Shown one piece after another: positions 36,805 to 49,598 of a stretch of DNA of 64,000 nucleotides (position 1 is its first letter; each line of letters begins with the position of its first letter). The DNA comes from Octopus vulgaris. Taxonomy: Eukaryota. Below the pieces are notes generated by a model. That model saw only the letters and a program-made list of their open reading frames with translations. It was not told where the DNA came from and made no database searches. The stretch covers positions 39,432,001 to 39,496,000 of the forward strand of contig OX597818.1 in assembly GCA_951406725.2 (NCBI GenBank), in the 5' to 3' direction. Both the position numbers and the translations under genes were made by a program.

Positions 36805-39700
36805 ATCATCATCATCGATTAACATCCATTTTCCATGCTGGCATGGGTCGGACAGTTTGACAGGTCTGGAGAGCCAGCGGCTGCATCAGGCTCCAGTCTG
36901 GTCTGGAAGAGTTTCTACAGCTAGACGCCCTTCCTAACGCCAACCACTCCAAGAGTGTAGTGGGTGCTTTTTATGTGCCACCAGCACAGGAGCCAGTAAG
37001 GCAGGCCTGGCAACAAACGTGTTCAGATGGTGCTTTTTAAATGCTACCGTCACAAGAGCCAGTCATGGGGGTATTGGCATCAGTCACGATTGGTTGGTGT
37101 TTTTTTACGTGCCACCAGCACAGTAGCCAGTCAGGCAGAACTGGCATCGACCACGTTCAGATGGCGCCTTTGATGTGTCATCAGCATGGGAGTCAGCCAG
37201 AGGACACTGGCCCCAGCTACGATAATGGTTTTACTTGACTCAACAGGTCTTAAGCATATATTGCCCAACGCTTCAAGAAGCTATAAACTACTTGTAGTTT
37301 TCTCCTCTGGAATGTGACGGAAGTTGTTTTCTGCACATTTTCAGTATTTATTCCTCCTGAGGATTTTCCACATACAAAAACTATTTCACTTTGGTTGCCA
37401 GATCTTCTCAATCACAGCGTATCTCCAAAGGTCCTGGTCTCCTGTCATTGCTTGTGTGAAGCCCAATGTTCGAAGTAATGCTTCACCATCTCATCTCATA
37501 TCTTTCTGGGTCTACTTCTACAGGTTCCTTCCAAAGTTAGGGAGTGGCACTTCCTTACACAGCTGTTTTCATTCATATGTAACACATGGCCATACCAGCA
37601 CAGTCGTCTCTCTTGCACACCACATTTGATGCTTCTTATGCCCAACTTTTCTCTCGGGGTGTTTACACTCTGTCTTGTATGCATACTGACATTAAACATC
37701 CAGTGGATCATACTAGCTTTATTTCTTTCAAGCCTACACATGTCCTCAGCATTCATGGCCCATGTTTCACTGTTGTGTAGCATGGCTGTTTGCACACATG
37801 CATCATACAGTCTACCTTTCACCCTGAGCAAGAGGCCTTTAGTTGCCAGCAGAGGTAAGAGCTCTCTGAACTTTGCTCAGGCTATTCTATCTCTAGTCTC
37901 TACACTCTCAGAGCAACCACCACTCCCACTACAGACGTTGTTTTTTAAGTAGCAGAAGCTATTAACTACTTCTAGTTTCTTCCTCTGGCATGTGATGGAA
38001 TCTGTTTTCTGTACATCTTCAGTGTTTATTGCCCCAGTGTATCTGCTACACACAAAAACTATTTTCCTGGTTAATCTTCCTTTGATATTGCTGCACCTTT
38101 TATGTCTACTTTTCCAATTGCGCATGGATCAAATGAAATTCATTAGTAAATTCTTAGTAAAGCATTTGCTTTTGCTAAGCTTGCTTTAAGGGCTCTCAAT
38201 TCCAGATTTTCTTTCCATATCTTGAATTCCAGCTTCAATTCTTCTACTGGAAAGATAAATTGTCAGTATGCAGGGGATCTCACAGGCAGTATCTTAGATT
38301 CCTCTGTAATGGCTCAGAGAAATAAAATAAATAGAAAGGAACTGAGAACTGAGCCATGACGTACCTCCCACATGCACACTAAATTCATTATTTAACTCAT
38401 TGCTGATTTTCACTTTGCTAACTGATCTTTCATATATAGCATGTATGGCTCTAACAAACCATTCATTCATTCTTAACTTCCTTAATGACCACTAACTCAA
38501 AGTGCATGGGACCCTATCAAAGACCTCCAGATTGACAATTGCAAGGTATAGGGAAACATTCCTATCCATGCATTTTGCTTGCAGTTGTCTCACAAGGAAT
38601 ATGGTCCCAGTGGTGCCTCTTTTCAAGACAAAGCCAAACCCCATAATCCTGTCCCTAATCCATTTTGCAATAATCATTTGTCACATCATAATCCGGTTTA
38701 ACACTGATCTCTCAGTAGTTACATCTCTTTAGTACATCTCCTTTGCCTCTTTAATTTATGATGATACTGCATTGGGTATGACTGTCACTTGAATTACTCT
38801 TCAAGTGACCAGCCTGTGCCCTACTTTGCAGTGTATTTTAAGAATTTCAGCAACTATCCCTGCCAGCTTATTTTCTTTCCCTACCTTCATGTCCTTTATC
38901 TACCTTAATACTGTCAACTTGGATGGCTGGTCCCATTGTTGACACCGTCCACATTCAGTAGCTTCCCAGAGTAACACTTCCATACCTTTCCTACCTATGT
39001 CAGTGAGAATAAGTGTACCATTATCATTTCACATACCAGCATGGGAGCCAGTACCGCCTGACTGGCTCCCATACCAGTGGTATGTAAAAAGCACCATTTG
39101 AGTGTGATTGATGCCAATGCCACCCGACTGGCCGCTATGTCAGTGGCATGTAAAAAGCACCCACTACACTCTCAGAGTGGTTGGTGTTAGGAAGGTCATC
39201 CAACTGAAAAAAACTTACCAGATCAGATTGAGGCCTGGTGCAGCCTCCTAGCTTGCCAGTTTTCAGTCAAACCGTCCAACCCACACCAGCATGGAAAGCA
39301 GACATTAACTGATGATGATTTCTTACTAAAATTTCAATATTGTCTAGCAATGCAGAACACTTCATGCCATAAAATGCGTGCAAACTTCTTTTCTGCTTCT
39401 CCTCCAGCTATGCATACCTGACATTCAGCTTCTTTTTAACAACTAGGTATTCTCTGCTGCTCCCTTTCTTCCAGTCTTTTCAGGGTTGTCTCTTTGCATT
39501 TAAGGCACTTTCTATAGTACTGTTGCAATGCACTAGCCTGCATTTAGCTGGAATCATGCACTAGCCACATGTCTGTCATCCCTAGCACATTTTCCAGTAA
39601 AAACTGTTAGTTTTTTTCTCTATTATATGCCTCTATCTTATAGTCACAAACCACTAGTCTATATAAGAAGATACTTTCTTTCTTTTGGGAAGAATTTGGC
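36805..39700 (-). mobile_element. Longer degraded RTE LINE, interrupted by a plus-strand 3' tail copy (39040-39320)
   Basis: ORF pieces 37496-37831, 37877-38125 and 38492-38677 (GTTGTIFLVRQLQ..LYLAIVNLEVFDRVP, RT motif). Boundaries approximate. Confidence 0.8.
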
Positions 39701-39712
39701 ATTTACATATAT

Positions 39713-39717
<5 letters not shown>

Positions 39718-39765
<48 letters not shown>
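39718..39765. repeat. (GT)n microsatellite
   Basis: Direct reading. Others at 10372-10397 (AC) and 15815-15842 (GT). Confidence 0.95.
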
Positions 39766-39769
<4 letters not shown>

Positions 39770-40239
39770 AGGTATATGGTGCTTGCTCTATCTTTACAGA
39801 TGATTGGCATTCCTCTGTGCTTCCTCCCTGTCGATAGCTTTTACAACTTTCCGTCCATGACCTCTCAGATGAATATTCAATCCAACAGCGTGATGTGCAT
39901 GGTTTGAAGCATAGGTAACTTTTATTTATAGTATATGACCTTTGTGTGCTGCCAAAAATATCAACATACTCACGAGGTTTGGGTCAGCATGGAACTATAC
40001 ATGAATGCACTTGGCCAACATACCACATAGTGGAACTGAACTCAAAACCATCGCAGCTGTAATATTAACCTTTTAACCACACAATTATACCAACATACTG
40101 TTATATAATACCGTATCATGATGCTTGTTTAACGTGGGATTGCATAACAACTGTTGATATCTGATATACACCACCATCAACCTCCTTGATCATCACTTCC
40201 TCTCCAACAGGTCATTCAGTAGTGATATCACTCATGCTC

Positions 40240-40700
40240 TCATCATCATCATCATCATTTAACGTCCATTCTCCATGCTAGCATGGATTGGAAATTCGAC
40301 CGGGGATCTGGGAAGTCAGAAGGCTGCACCAGGCTCCAGTCTGATCTGGCAGTGTTTCTACAGCTGGATGCCCTTCCTAACGCCAATCACTCCGTGAGTG
40401 TAGTGGGTGCTTTTTACATGCCACCTGCACAGGTGCCAGGTGAGGCTGGCAACGGCCACGATCGGATTGGTGCATTTTACGTGCCACCGGCACGGAAGCC
40501 AGTCTAGGCGGCGCTGGCATCGGCCACGTTCAGATGGTGCTTTTTACGTGCCACCGGCTCAGGGATCACAACTGCAGTTTCCATTGATTTTGATGTTGGT
40601 GTACTTGACTCAATGGATCTCCTCAAGCACAGGGTCAAAATGGTGTTTCTTCACTTGCCACCTGCACAGGAGTCAGTCCAGTGGTCCTGGCAACTGCCAG
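40240..40700 (-). mobile_element. RTE 3'-tail element (short truncated copy or tail-sharing SINE)
   Basis: (CAT)n then TTTAACGTCCATT..CCATGCTAGCATGG..CTGGATGCCCTTCCTAACGCCAA. Similar copies at ~24610-24950, 28195-28380, 50620-51250, 54372-54600 and 63820-63982 (+). Confidence 0.8.
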
Positions 40701-41005
40701 TCATAGGATTGGTTCAATGACTGGCTCTATTACCAGCTAATACGCAACAACCATTACCATCTCCTCAATTCTCCAAGTACTACATTTTCTATTTCTCCCG
40801 CCGCTAACACATTCACCCAACCATTGTATTTCTACCGTCATACATTTGTTTCTTTCACTATCTAATTCTGGATTATTTGTTACTGCCCTTTCTTCTCACC
40901 CACTAGATCATGTTGCCCCAAATGAACAGACACAACCCAGAATAGTGAGGAGTCTTTAGTCTTGTTGAATACACAGCAAATTTAGAAGAGTTGAAGCCAC
41001 AACAA

Positions 41006-41282
41006 AGTGCACGGCATTCCTTCGATATAACACGACAAAATCAAAAACATTTCACTTCGGGTATTTGCGTGGAAGCAAATGACAGTTCGATTCTGTTTTC
41101 TGCTTGGAAATTTGCGGATTTTGCATTCACACATGAAACAGGTAAGAACAAATATGCAAGGCATTTTTTTTCTTCAAGTTTAAAATGAGACATTACTGGC
41201 ATAATTTCCACAACCCACGGAAATATCCGAAGTGAAATGTTTTGATTTTGTCGAGTTATATCGAAGGAATGCCAAGTGCACT
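41006..41282. repeat. Long inverted repeat (~67-bp arms), probable MITE
   Basis: 41006-41072 is the reverse complement of 41215-41282 with about 3 mismatches and 2 small indels. Confidence 0.85.
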
Positions 41283-41850
41283 AAATAAACCCTGTAAATT
41301 AGTTGGCGAATGAGGAGACAACGTAAAGTCCGGAATCAAGAGATTTCTAGTGTTGGTGCCACGATAAAATGAACCCAGTACACACTATAGAGTACCCGGT
41401 AAGAAGACGTGCAGGCAGGAGATCAGTAATTCCAAATAAAAACTGACTTTGGCCGAAACTAACTTCCAACAAATGCGAGTTAGGAAAACATAAAATGACA
41501 TACACCACGATACAATATATATAAGTGTCTGTGTGTGTACGTGTATGTCACGGTTGAAACACTCACATAAAACAGTAAAATATATACCCTGTAGTTGCAT
41601 TTTTTGGGTGGGACAAAGCATCTCTGGTGTTTAATTCACCTACCCGCCTATATAGATATTTATGGATGTACGTTGTATGTATCTGTAAATCGCCTTGTGT
41701 TATATGTATTTTCGTGTCGACTTGAAATCGGAGATATTACCTACACTGACTATAATCATATAAGTGCAGAGATATCTAGCTCTTCATCTACTGAAACCAA
41801 AAAGAGCCGGTGTAGGAATTGGCTCCGATTCAAATCTGCTTCAATCGTTC

Positions 41851-41986
41851 TCAAGGTGATAAAGACGAAAGAGACGTAAATCTTTCCACAAAGTAGGTAG
41901 CAGTAGTCTCAAGGTCAAAGCAGTAACCGACGTCAAAAACAGTAAGGATGTATCTTCTAAGCACGTAACAACGTGCCATTACGTCA
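41851..41986. promoter_or_regulatory. Candidate intron-1 enhancer (ERRE, CRE-like and HRE-like cluster)
   Basis: TCAAGGTCA 41909-41917, TCAAGGTGA 41851-41859, CGACGTCA 41928-41935, GCACGTaacaACGTGC 41961-41976, TTACGTCA 41979-41986. Motif matches only. Confidence 0.4.
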
Positions 41987-43289
41987 AAATGAGCGTAGAC
42001 TGTTTTACGGTTAACACCAAGCGAGGAAACAATGCCAATGAACACTTTACCTCTCTACTCGAACTCTGGTGATAGCAGCATTAACTAAAACTAGTTAAGA
42101 CATTTATTTATGTTATTTCTATTTTTAAAATGGTAAAAATTCGGTAATAAATTCGAACAACAAATAAAATAGTTTACGTTAAATTAACTAATTTAGATAT
42201 ACTTTAGATGATAAACTATTGTAGAAATGTTTAAGAGATAGTTTCTTTGGGGAAGTATATAAGGTAGCATATTGATAGTTGGTTAATAAAATGTCATTTC
42301 CAGACGCTTTCCGAACATGAGAAGGTTTTAATCCAAAGTTCCAGGCGTAAAAATTACATACCAGCTTCCCACGTGTTATGTAAAAGGAAAATGTTTTCAA
42401 AAACTACCAACAGGAATGGGCGGGATTAATATAAACTTCATTATTGGGATCAACCTAAATTAGATATGAGGGGATTTTATTATTGTTGATACATTCAATT
42501 TACTTACTGAAGTATATACTACACACAATGTGAGCAGTAATTGCCTCCCCACCCTACACCAAAGTAAGGTTTAATTATTTTCATTAACCCGCGATTTTGA
42601 TGAGGGCTGTGGTACCAAGAACGACAACTCTTGACTCACAGATTAAATCTTGTACAGCAAGGAATTTTAGACGCCTCGTTACAAGAAATTGGTAATATTC
42701 GAAATTGAAGCAATTTTAAAAACATACTGGTAATACTTAGCTTTAAAACAGATTCCTTTAACTTCGTTTAAACGTTTTTGACGAAGAATAATACGTAGCG
42801 TCATTCACTTTAGGAATCTGGCTTTCAAACGTTTATTTTTAAAATTAACTGTAATAATTTTAAGTGTTAATTTTATTCCTAAATTACATTCCTCCTTTTT
42901 GAAAATTTCCGATATTGAGTAATAAATATACTCACACCTGAACTTATTGGTTAACATTAAGAAATCAGTTGATAGAATTATGTAACAACCATTGCATATG
43001 TAATAAATCTTATATCCCAAACGGCAATGTTTACAAGGAAGATTATTATTTCCTAACATACAAGTAGACTATTGACACGTTTCTGTTGTGGTAGAGATAT
43101 ATGTATATTAAATATCATGTAAGATAGGCGTAATAAATTCCTGTTTACATCAACTTTGTTATTTTTTTTTTCAGCATATCATATTACTTCCACTCTTGTG
43201 TAAGAACTAGCATATCTGACTCACGGAGGATTAGTTATAAAACAGAACATATATATATTATATATATATACAACCTAGAAAATACTTAC

Positions 43290-43523
43290 CTTATGTACAC
43301 TGTTCGGATCTTTCTGCCAAGCAGAATACATTTCTTCCAAGTAGGAAGACGAGCTCCCATTAAGGAAGGGTTCTGCAGCTGCTTGGGTACCATAGTTAAT
43401 CCGATTTGACTTTGGGATGGAATTTGAAGTCTTGGACTGATGGTTGTGGAGAGTAGTCCATGCCTGCCGCTGGTGCGTGATACGCACAGGAAATTTGAAA
43501 AACGTCCTGCTAATGCGGTACAT
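43290..43523 (-). CDS. OGDH: OGDH (2-oxoglutarate dehydrogenase E1) first coding exon, including mitochondrial transit peptide
   Basis: ATG at 43523-43521. Encodes MYRISRTFF...[32 protein letters not shown], matching the OGDH N-terminal motif EPFLxGxSxxYxEEMYxxWxxDPxSVH. First ~50 aa are R/S/T-rich with no acidic residues. Donor AAG|GTAAGT, phase 0, 234 nt. Confidence 0.96.
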
Positions 43524-44172
43524 GGTTAAAACGTTCGTTTGATATGAAAATGTCTTATATTGTGAAAGAGCCGAGGATTTATACGACGATCCAGTGTGGC
43601 CTTTTCCGTAGCCACTATCGTTGTTGGGTTACTTCGTCGGAATTTGATAGGATAGGTGTTGGGTAGTAAAATATCAACAATATTTACAGGTAACAAATTT
43701 ACTAATTTCTTCGTCGTGCTGATTTCGATACCAACAACTTTACTTTATTTTGTTTTCTTTGGAGGAACTTTATCTTTTTCTTTAACCTTGACAGCTATTT
43801 GTTAGAAGCATTGTCAACATGAAAGGTTTTATAGGGTAAATCGTTTTACTTAATAACTGACTTTTTAGCCAATCACTCAAAGTTGTTTAAAACTTTGAAA
43901 TATGACATAAGAACATTAAATATTTCATAAACAATCAATCACGAGAGAAATTTTCGGATCCTCCAATGCTTTTTTTTGGCTTAAAAGAGTGAAATATGGC
44001 GACGTCGAAAGCCAAAATATTCTGAAACAAATAAGAGTTAAAAATCAAGTAGTTATGGAAATAATTACAGGAAATTTCAAACTATTTAATTGTTGGAAGC
44101 AAAAGGTAGTTAAAATTCATTTGAAGTATATAAAAATAAATGTATATATATTATTAATTGAACGAAACTTAC

Positions 44173-44225
44173 CTCGGATCTCCTCAAGCGCGGTCATATA
44201 CACTACCGTCGTCAGCTACACTCTG
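44173..44225 (-). other. Candidate upstream (5'UTR) exon of OGDH
   Basis: Consensus donor GAG|GTAAGT at 44173/44172, just downstream of CRE and CCAAT motifs. Candidate acceptor ctcttatttgtttcag at 44022-44037. TSS position is a guess. Confidence 0.5.
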
Positions 44226-44229
44226 CCTG

Positions 44230-44267
44230 ATGACGTCATAGCTCTCTAACAAACGCTCTGATTGGTC
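44230..44267 (-). promoter_or_regulatory. Candidate OGDH promoter: full CRE and NF-Y CCAAT box
   Basis: ATGACGTCAT palindrome at 44230-44239. GACCAATCAG on minus strand at 44258-44267. CpG-rich context. A second CCAAT at ~43867-43875 and YY1-like AATATGGCG at 43993-44001. Confidence 0.6.
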
Positions 44268-46833
44268 AATTCAGTGGTGGTAGTTATACATGCAGTTAAG
44301 TCAAGTTTCTTTACATCATATTGGTTAAACTTTTCAAAATGTTTGCTAAGTCTCTTCTTCTTCTTTCTTAGAGAAATATTTTTACGATTTTTAATTTTAT
44401 TTACATTAAAACTAAAAATGGAGTTTTCAACATTTAGATTTTGCAGAATGTTCTTCGAATAAATACAGATACATAAATAACATACCACCTGTGAATAACT
44501 ATCTGATCTAAGATTTTTTTTTTCCCCATTATTTAAACTTTTTAAAGAAAACTAAAAGGTAAAATTAGATTTATTTAATATAAATATGTTAATTAATATG
44601 TCATTATCGCCATCATCAACCTTTCCGTCACTACCCTGTGTTCACTTTCTGAATCTTTACAGAAGACATACTCTTTCAAGATTTTCTCAACAAAAATAGA
44701 GAAATGTGAAGTTACAATATTAATGCCTTTCCTCGGAGAATGAATTTAAAGAGCATTTTTTTGCAAAACATTATAGCAACATATTAACTGAGAAGTTCTT
44801 TGCTCTCTATTTATCTATTCATGCACTTTTTCATATTTGGTTTATGACCCAGTTTAATAAATTTGATTGATACTAAACTATGAGGTATTAGAAACTAAAT
44901 AAAACCACACACACACACACACATACAAATATATTCATATTTCAAAATATTTTTTTGACCCGTAGGTTGCGAATGGTTGCATTAAAACGCAAATTTTAAT
45001 AAAGTAAACTTTACACATCTTGAAACGAGAAGCTAAAAGGTCAGAACAATAATTGTATGAGATAGTGTTATGGCATTTAGATTCAATACTAGATGCCAGA
45101 GAAAGAACCATTGTTGGCAAATGAGATTAAAATTTGCTATCCCCATTCCACTATCTAAACCCACCAAGCTACATTTTATGATAAAGGAAATGTCAGGTAG
45201 AGAAAAAAATGTTAGATATTATGTCGGTGGAGTGCATGTGAAGTTAATATAACCCAGGTAAGCAAGAGTGGAAAACAAAATATTCATCATAATAAATGGT
45301 GGAATCATCTGAGCAGTAGTTGTACTTTAAAAAATCTTTTAACTATCAAAAATTCTATGTTGCTTTTGGCCTATCCTACCTTTTCTCACAAGTAAAGCTC
45401 TTTGGATGTCTTTCTTTCAACATTAAGAACATTGGATAAAACTCTCTTAACTTTGAAATCATTATTGTTACAGATATATTCTCTTGCTATTTTTACTCAC
45501 TCCATTTCTATAAAGAGAGTATAGAAGTTGAATCATTTGTTAACCAACACAACCTGTACTGTTTTTTCTTTCTTTTTTTTTTAGATCTTTGATTTTAATT
45601 AAACTTCTATCTACCTTACACACATTCAACATTTTTATCGTACTCAACCTCAAATGTGGAGTGTAGATAAACTGATAAAGTGGTTGAGTATGACAGGCCT
45701 GGTAGTTCTAAAAAGCACACAGGAATACCAGTGGCAATATTGAAAGAAGTGGTGACACTGGATCTTAAGAGCTTGAACCTTGCAGATGAGATGACACAAG
45801 AAAATGTTGCATGACAACATACTATATAGTAAGACCTGTCCAAGAAAGGAAAAATATGCATTAAAAATGATGATGATGAATGAATTATTATTATTATTGT
45901 ATCATCATCATCACCATCTCAATGTTGGTAGAATGGAGTAAACAATAAAGAACCAGCCCTAATTGTTTTTCAGTATTTAGTTTCATTTTCCAGTGTAGAA
46001 ATGGTGCAAATTAATTATAGCCCCTCCCTCCACTCTTGTAACAAAGGAAAGCCTGAAAAATACTTAAGATATTATAGTTTATATGTTATTGCAATTAATA
46101 GCCTTTAATCTACTTCCCACTTTCAAGTATAATTGTTCTGTGGTTTCATTTCATTGGGTTCAATAGTGTTTCTTTTCAAAGCTTTCAAATATACTCATTT
46201 GTAGATCTTATCAATAAAACTTGTTTGTTCCACCCCACCTAACACTGTTTGTTGTTCCATGGTGTGTGTGTTTTATTGTATATTTTGAACCCATATGGAT
46301 AATAAAGAAATCAGCATCATCATCATCATCACCACCACCATCATGATCATCATCATCCTCATCACCATCATATGAAACAACTTCTGTTAAAACAAAAGTG
46401 CCATGTTTTCATATCAAGTCCACAGTGGGGTAATGATGATAAGATAGGTTAAACTTGGCCAATGTGGTGAACATTGATGGAATGAGGCAAGACTATCAAC
46501 TTACCCTACATGCTAAAAACATGTACCAGTTTACAAGTGAATAATCAATACAATGTTAAACTTGTGGACTAAATGTTATACAGTATTTAGCTCTATCGCT
46601 TAATGTCAATCAATTATAGCCCTTAACAATAAGTTAGCAGGCTTGTGAAAGTATTATTACCATTACTATTATTTTTATTGTTATTATCATCATTAAGGTG
46701 GCTAACAGAATTGTTAAGGCACAGGGCAAAATGCTTTGTGGCATTTTGTCCATCTTTCAAATTCCACCAGGGTCAACTATGCTTTTGTAGTGTACACTTA
46801 GTGAAATTCTCTCTCTCTCTCTCTCTCTCTCTC

Positions 46834-47412
46834 TGTTATATATATATGAGTACGGACATAGCAGATAACGGCTAGCCTTCGGCCACTTGGATCCTGTTGT
46901 GTTCACTACTCTGATTGGTTGGTATTGGCGCAATGTGTCTCTTGCTCTATTACGTGCCAATGTGCAACCCAATCAATTGCAGCCTTCTGATAAGGTCCTG
47001 TGACACAGTCTTCTAAATTTCCGTTGGAGCCTCCTAGTCCCTATAAAAGGCTAGTTACAACAACCATATTTTGTCTTTGGTTCTAGACCTTCTAAGGTCT
47101 AACCTCTGATCACAGAGCACACAGCCACTTCCAGTGACAACCATACCAGCAGCTGACATGAAGACTTAACTTTGTCCAGCAGCATTCAGGACCTCCATCT
47201 TCTTAACAATGCCAACAACATCTCTATGTACACAGCAACATTCACTCAGGTCAACTCCTCATTGTTTGTGAATTACTTCATTGTGGTTAACAGAAAGTAC
47301 AACCTGTGAGATCGTCCTGTATCAAGTGACCAGTAGCGGCATAGTAGCCACAACTGCTTACATGACATGTGCTTCAACCAGCTCTGCATCTATGCCACAA
47401 CTTCTTATTACA
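46834..47412 (+). mobile_element. Possible solo LTR
   Basis: TGTTATA...TATTACA ends, CCAAT motifs and TATAAAAGG at 47042. No TSD or AATAAA identified. Confidence 0.3.
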
Positions 47413-48019
47413 GAACTTCAACTATTGTGTACCTGACTACGAACTGGTATTTATCATCATTATGTGAACTTCTGGTGTCCTATTATTAACTCTTTCTACG
47501 CTCTGCATTTTATCCCACACGCATACACCCTTGTTTGTACACACATACACATTATGTATGCATGACAGCCTGTCTATTATTATTATTATCATTATTATAT
47601 ATGTACTTATGTCGTACACACAGACACACACATGTTAGCACCTAAATAAAATCTTCTCTTAAACCTTCTATCAGTTGTGTCGGCTTTCTTTTCCTGCTGG
47701 CACTCGCATTCATTTATCCTTTTTGCTTTTATTGTAAAGAGACTGTGCAGTGTATTAAAGGAGTCATTTATTCCTCACCTCTCCTTTCACACGGTCGTTC
47801 TACACTTTCCATCTTTTCAGTGTCGATAAAATAAGTACCAGTTGAGTACTGTAGGTCGATGTAATCAACTCTTCAGTATTTGCTGTAGCCCATCTTTTAT
47901 ACCAAGACAAAACATGTACATGATAACACTTCCAATCAGTTAAGATCAGCAGCCACGAGAGCCACTGCCTGGTACTGCATCAGGCCACTTATGATTATTA
48001 TCATTATTATTATTATTAT

Positions 48020-48102
48020 TAAGGCGATGAGCTGGCAATATTATTAGCACACTGGATGAAATGCTTAGCAGTATTTGGCAAAATTTGAAACCATTATTAT
48101 TA

Positions 48103-48153
<51 letters not shown>

Positions 48154-49520
48154 GGGTGGCAAGCTGACAGAATCATTAGCACACTGGGCGAAATGCTTAG
48201 CAGTATTTTGTCTGTCACTATGTTCTGAATTCAAATTCTACTGAGGTTGACTTTGCCTTTCATCCTTTTGGGGTCATTTAAATAAGTACCATCCAAGTAC
48301 TGGAATCAACGGAATTGACTTAATCCCTTCCCCTAAATTTCAGGCCCTGTGCCCACAGTAGAAAGGATTATTATTCTAAATATTAATATCATTATTATTA
48401 TTATTAAGGTGGCAAGCTGTCAGAATTGTTAGTATGCCAGCATTTCACTTGTCTTTACATTTTGAGTTCAAATTCTGCCAAGGTTAACAGCGCCTTTCAT
48501 CCTTTCAGGGTTGATAAAATTAGTACCAGTCATGTACTGGGTTTGGTGTAATCAACATCCCCCTCTCCTCAAAAACTGTTAGCCTTGTTCCAAAATCTGA
48601 AACCGCTATTATTATTATGTATAATGGTGGCAAGCGGGCAGAATCATAAGCATGCCAGTCATAATGCTTAGTGGTATCTCATCTGTCTTTATGGTCTGAG
48701 TTCAAATTCCGCCAAGGTTGACTTTACCTTTCATCTTTTCGGGGTCGATAAAATAAGTACCAGTTGAGTATTGGGGTCAATGTAATCCACTTATCCCCGC
48801 CCACAAAGTTGCTAACCCTCAGCCAAAATTTGAAACCATTATCATTATCATTATGTGAGAGGGAAGGACACACCATCAAAGTGATGCCAAGGCACAAATA
48901 TACAAAGTTCAGTACACCCATCATAACCACGTCTGATAAGGGTACACCAGGCACATGCATCACAACCATCTGTGTGCAATATGGTGATCTCATATCAAGA
49001 TAAACAATGTATGACCTTGCAGGTGGAGCCCAATTAGAATTTTCTTCAGGTTGAGTAACCCATCCCACTCAAAAGGCCCTTGAATAAGGATGTTGAATGA
49101 GACACACATGTTTCCAGAGGTAAATTATTTAAGCTCCAAAGAATTCTTCTCAACACATAGCTATGATACTCCTTCATTACTTCTGCTCATGATTAGAGAT
49201 GAACATACCTGCAGCTACTAAGGGACATGCTCAACCGGTTAAGGTCAAACAATTGACCAGCAAATCTGTGGTACTGAGCAGAATATTTGCTGTAGCCCAT
49301 CTTTTATACCAAGACAAAATATGTACATGATAACACTTCCAATCAATTAAGATCGGAAGCCATGAGAACCAATGCCTGGTACTGCATCAGGGTATTTGTT
49401 ACTATTATTATTAAGGTGGCAAGCTGGCAGAATTGTTAGCATGCTGGGTAAAATGCCTAGCGGTATTTCATCTGTCTTCACATTCTGAGTTCAAATTTTG
49501 CTGAGGTTGACTTTCTTAAC
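48020..49520 (+). mobile_element. Head-to-tail cluster of tRNA-derived SINEs separated by (ATT)n
   Basis: Repeated head GGTGGCAAGCTGGCAGAAT.GTTAGC, B-box GAGTTCAAATTC, core GCCTTTCATCCTTTCGGGGTCGATAAAATAAGTACCAG. Starts near 48021, 48153, 48407, 48625, 49413. Minus-strand copies at ~54145-54360 and 55120-56015. Confidence 0.85.
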
Positions 49521-49567
49521 CCCAAGATTCCGAGTTCGATTCCGGGCAGTGACCTGAATAATAATAA

Positions 49568-49598
<31 letters not shown>

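Noticed and set aside
41740-41800. Exon-like segment on minus strand (tttttggtttcag...TAG|GTAATA)
   Set aside because: Stops in the phase required by intron 1, from either NAGNAG acceptor, and no OGDH similarity.
48150-48250. tRNA-like A/B boxes
   Set aside because: SINE heads in many diverged copies, with no complete cloverleaf.
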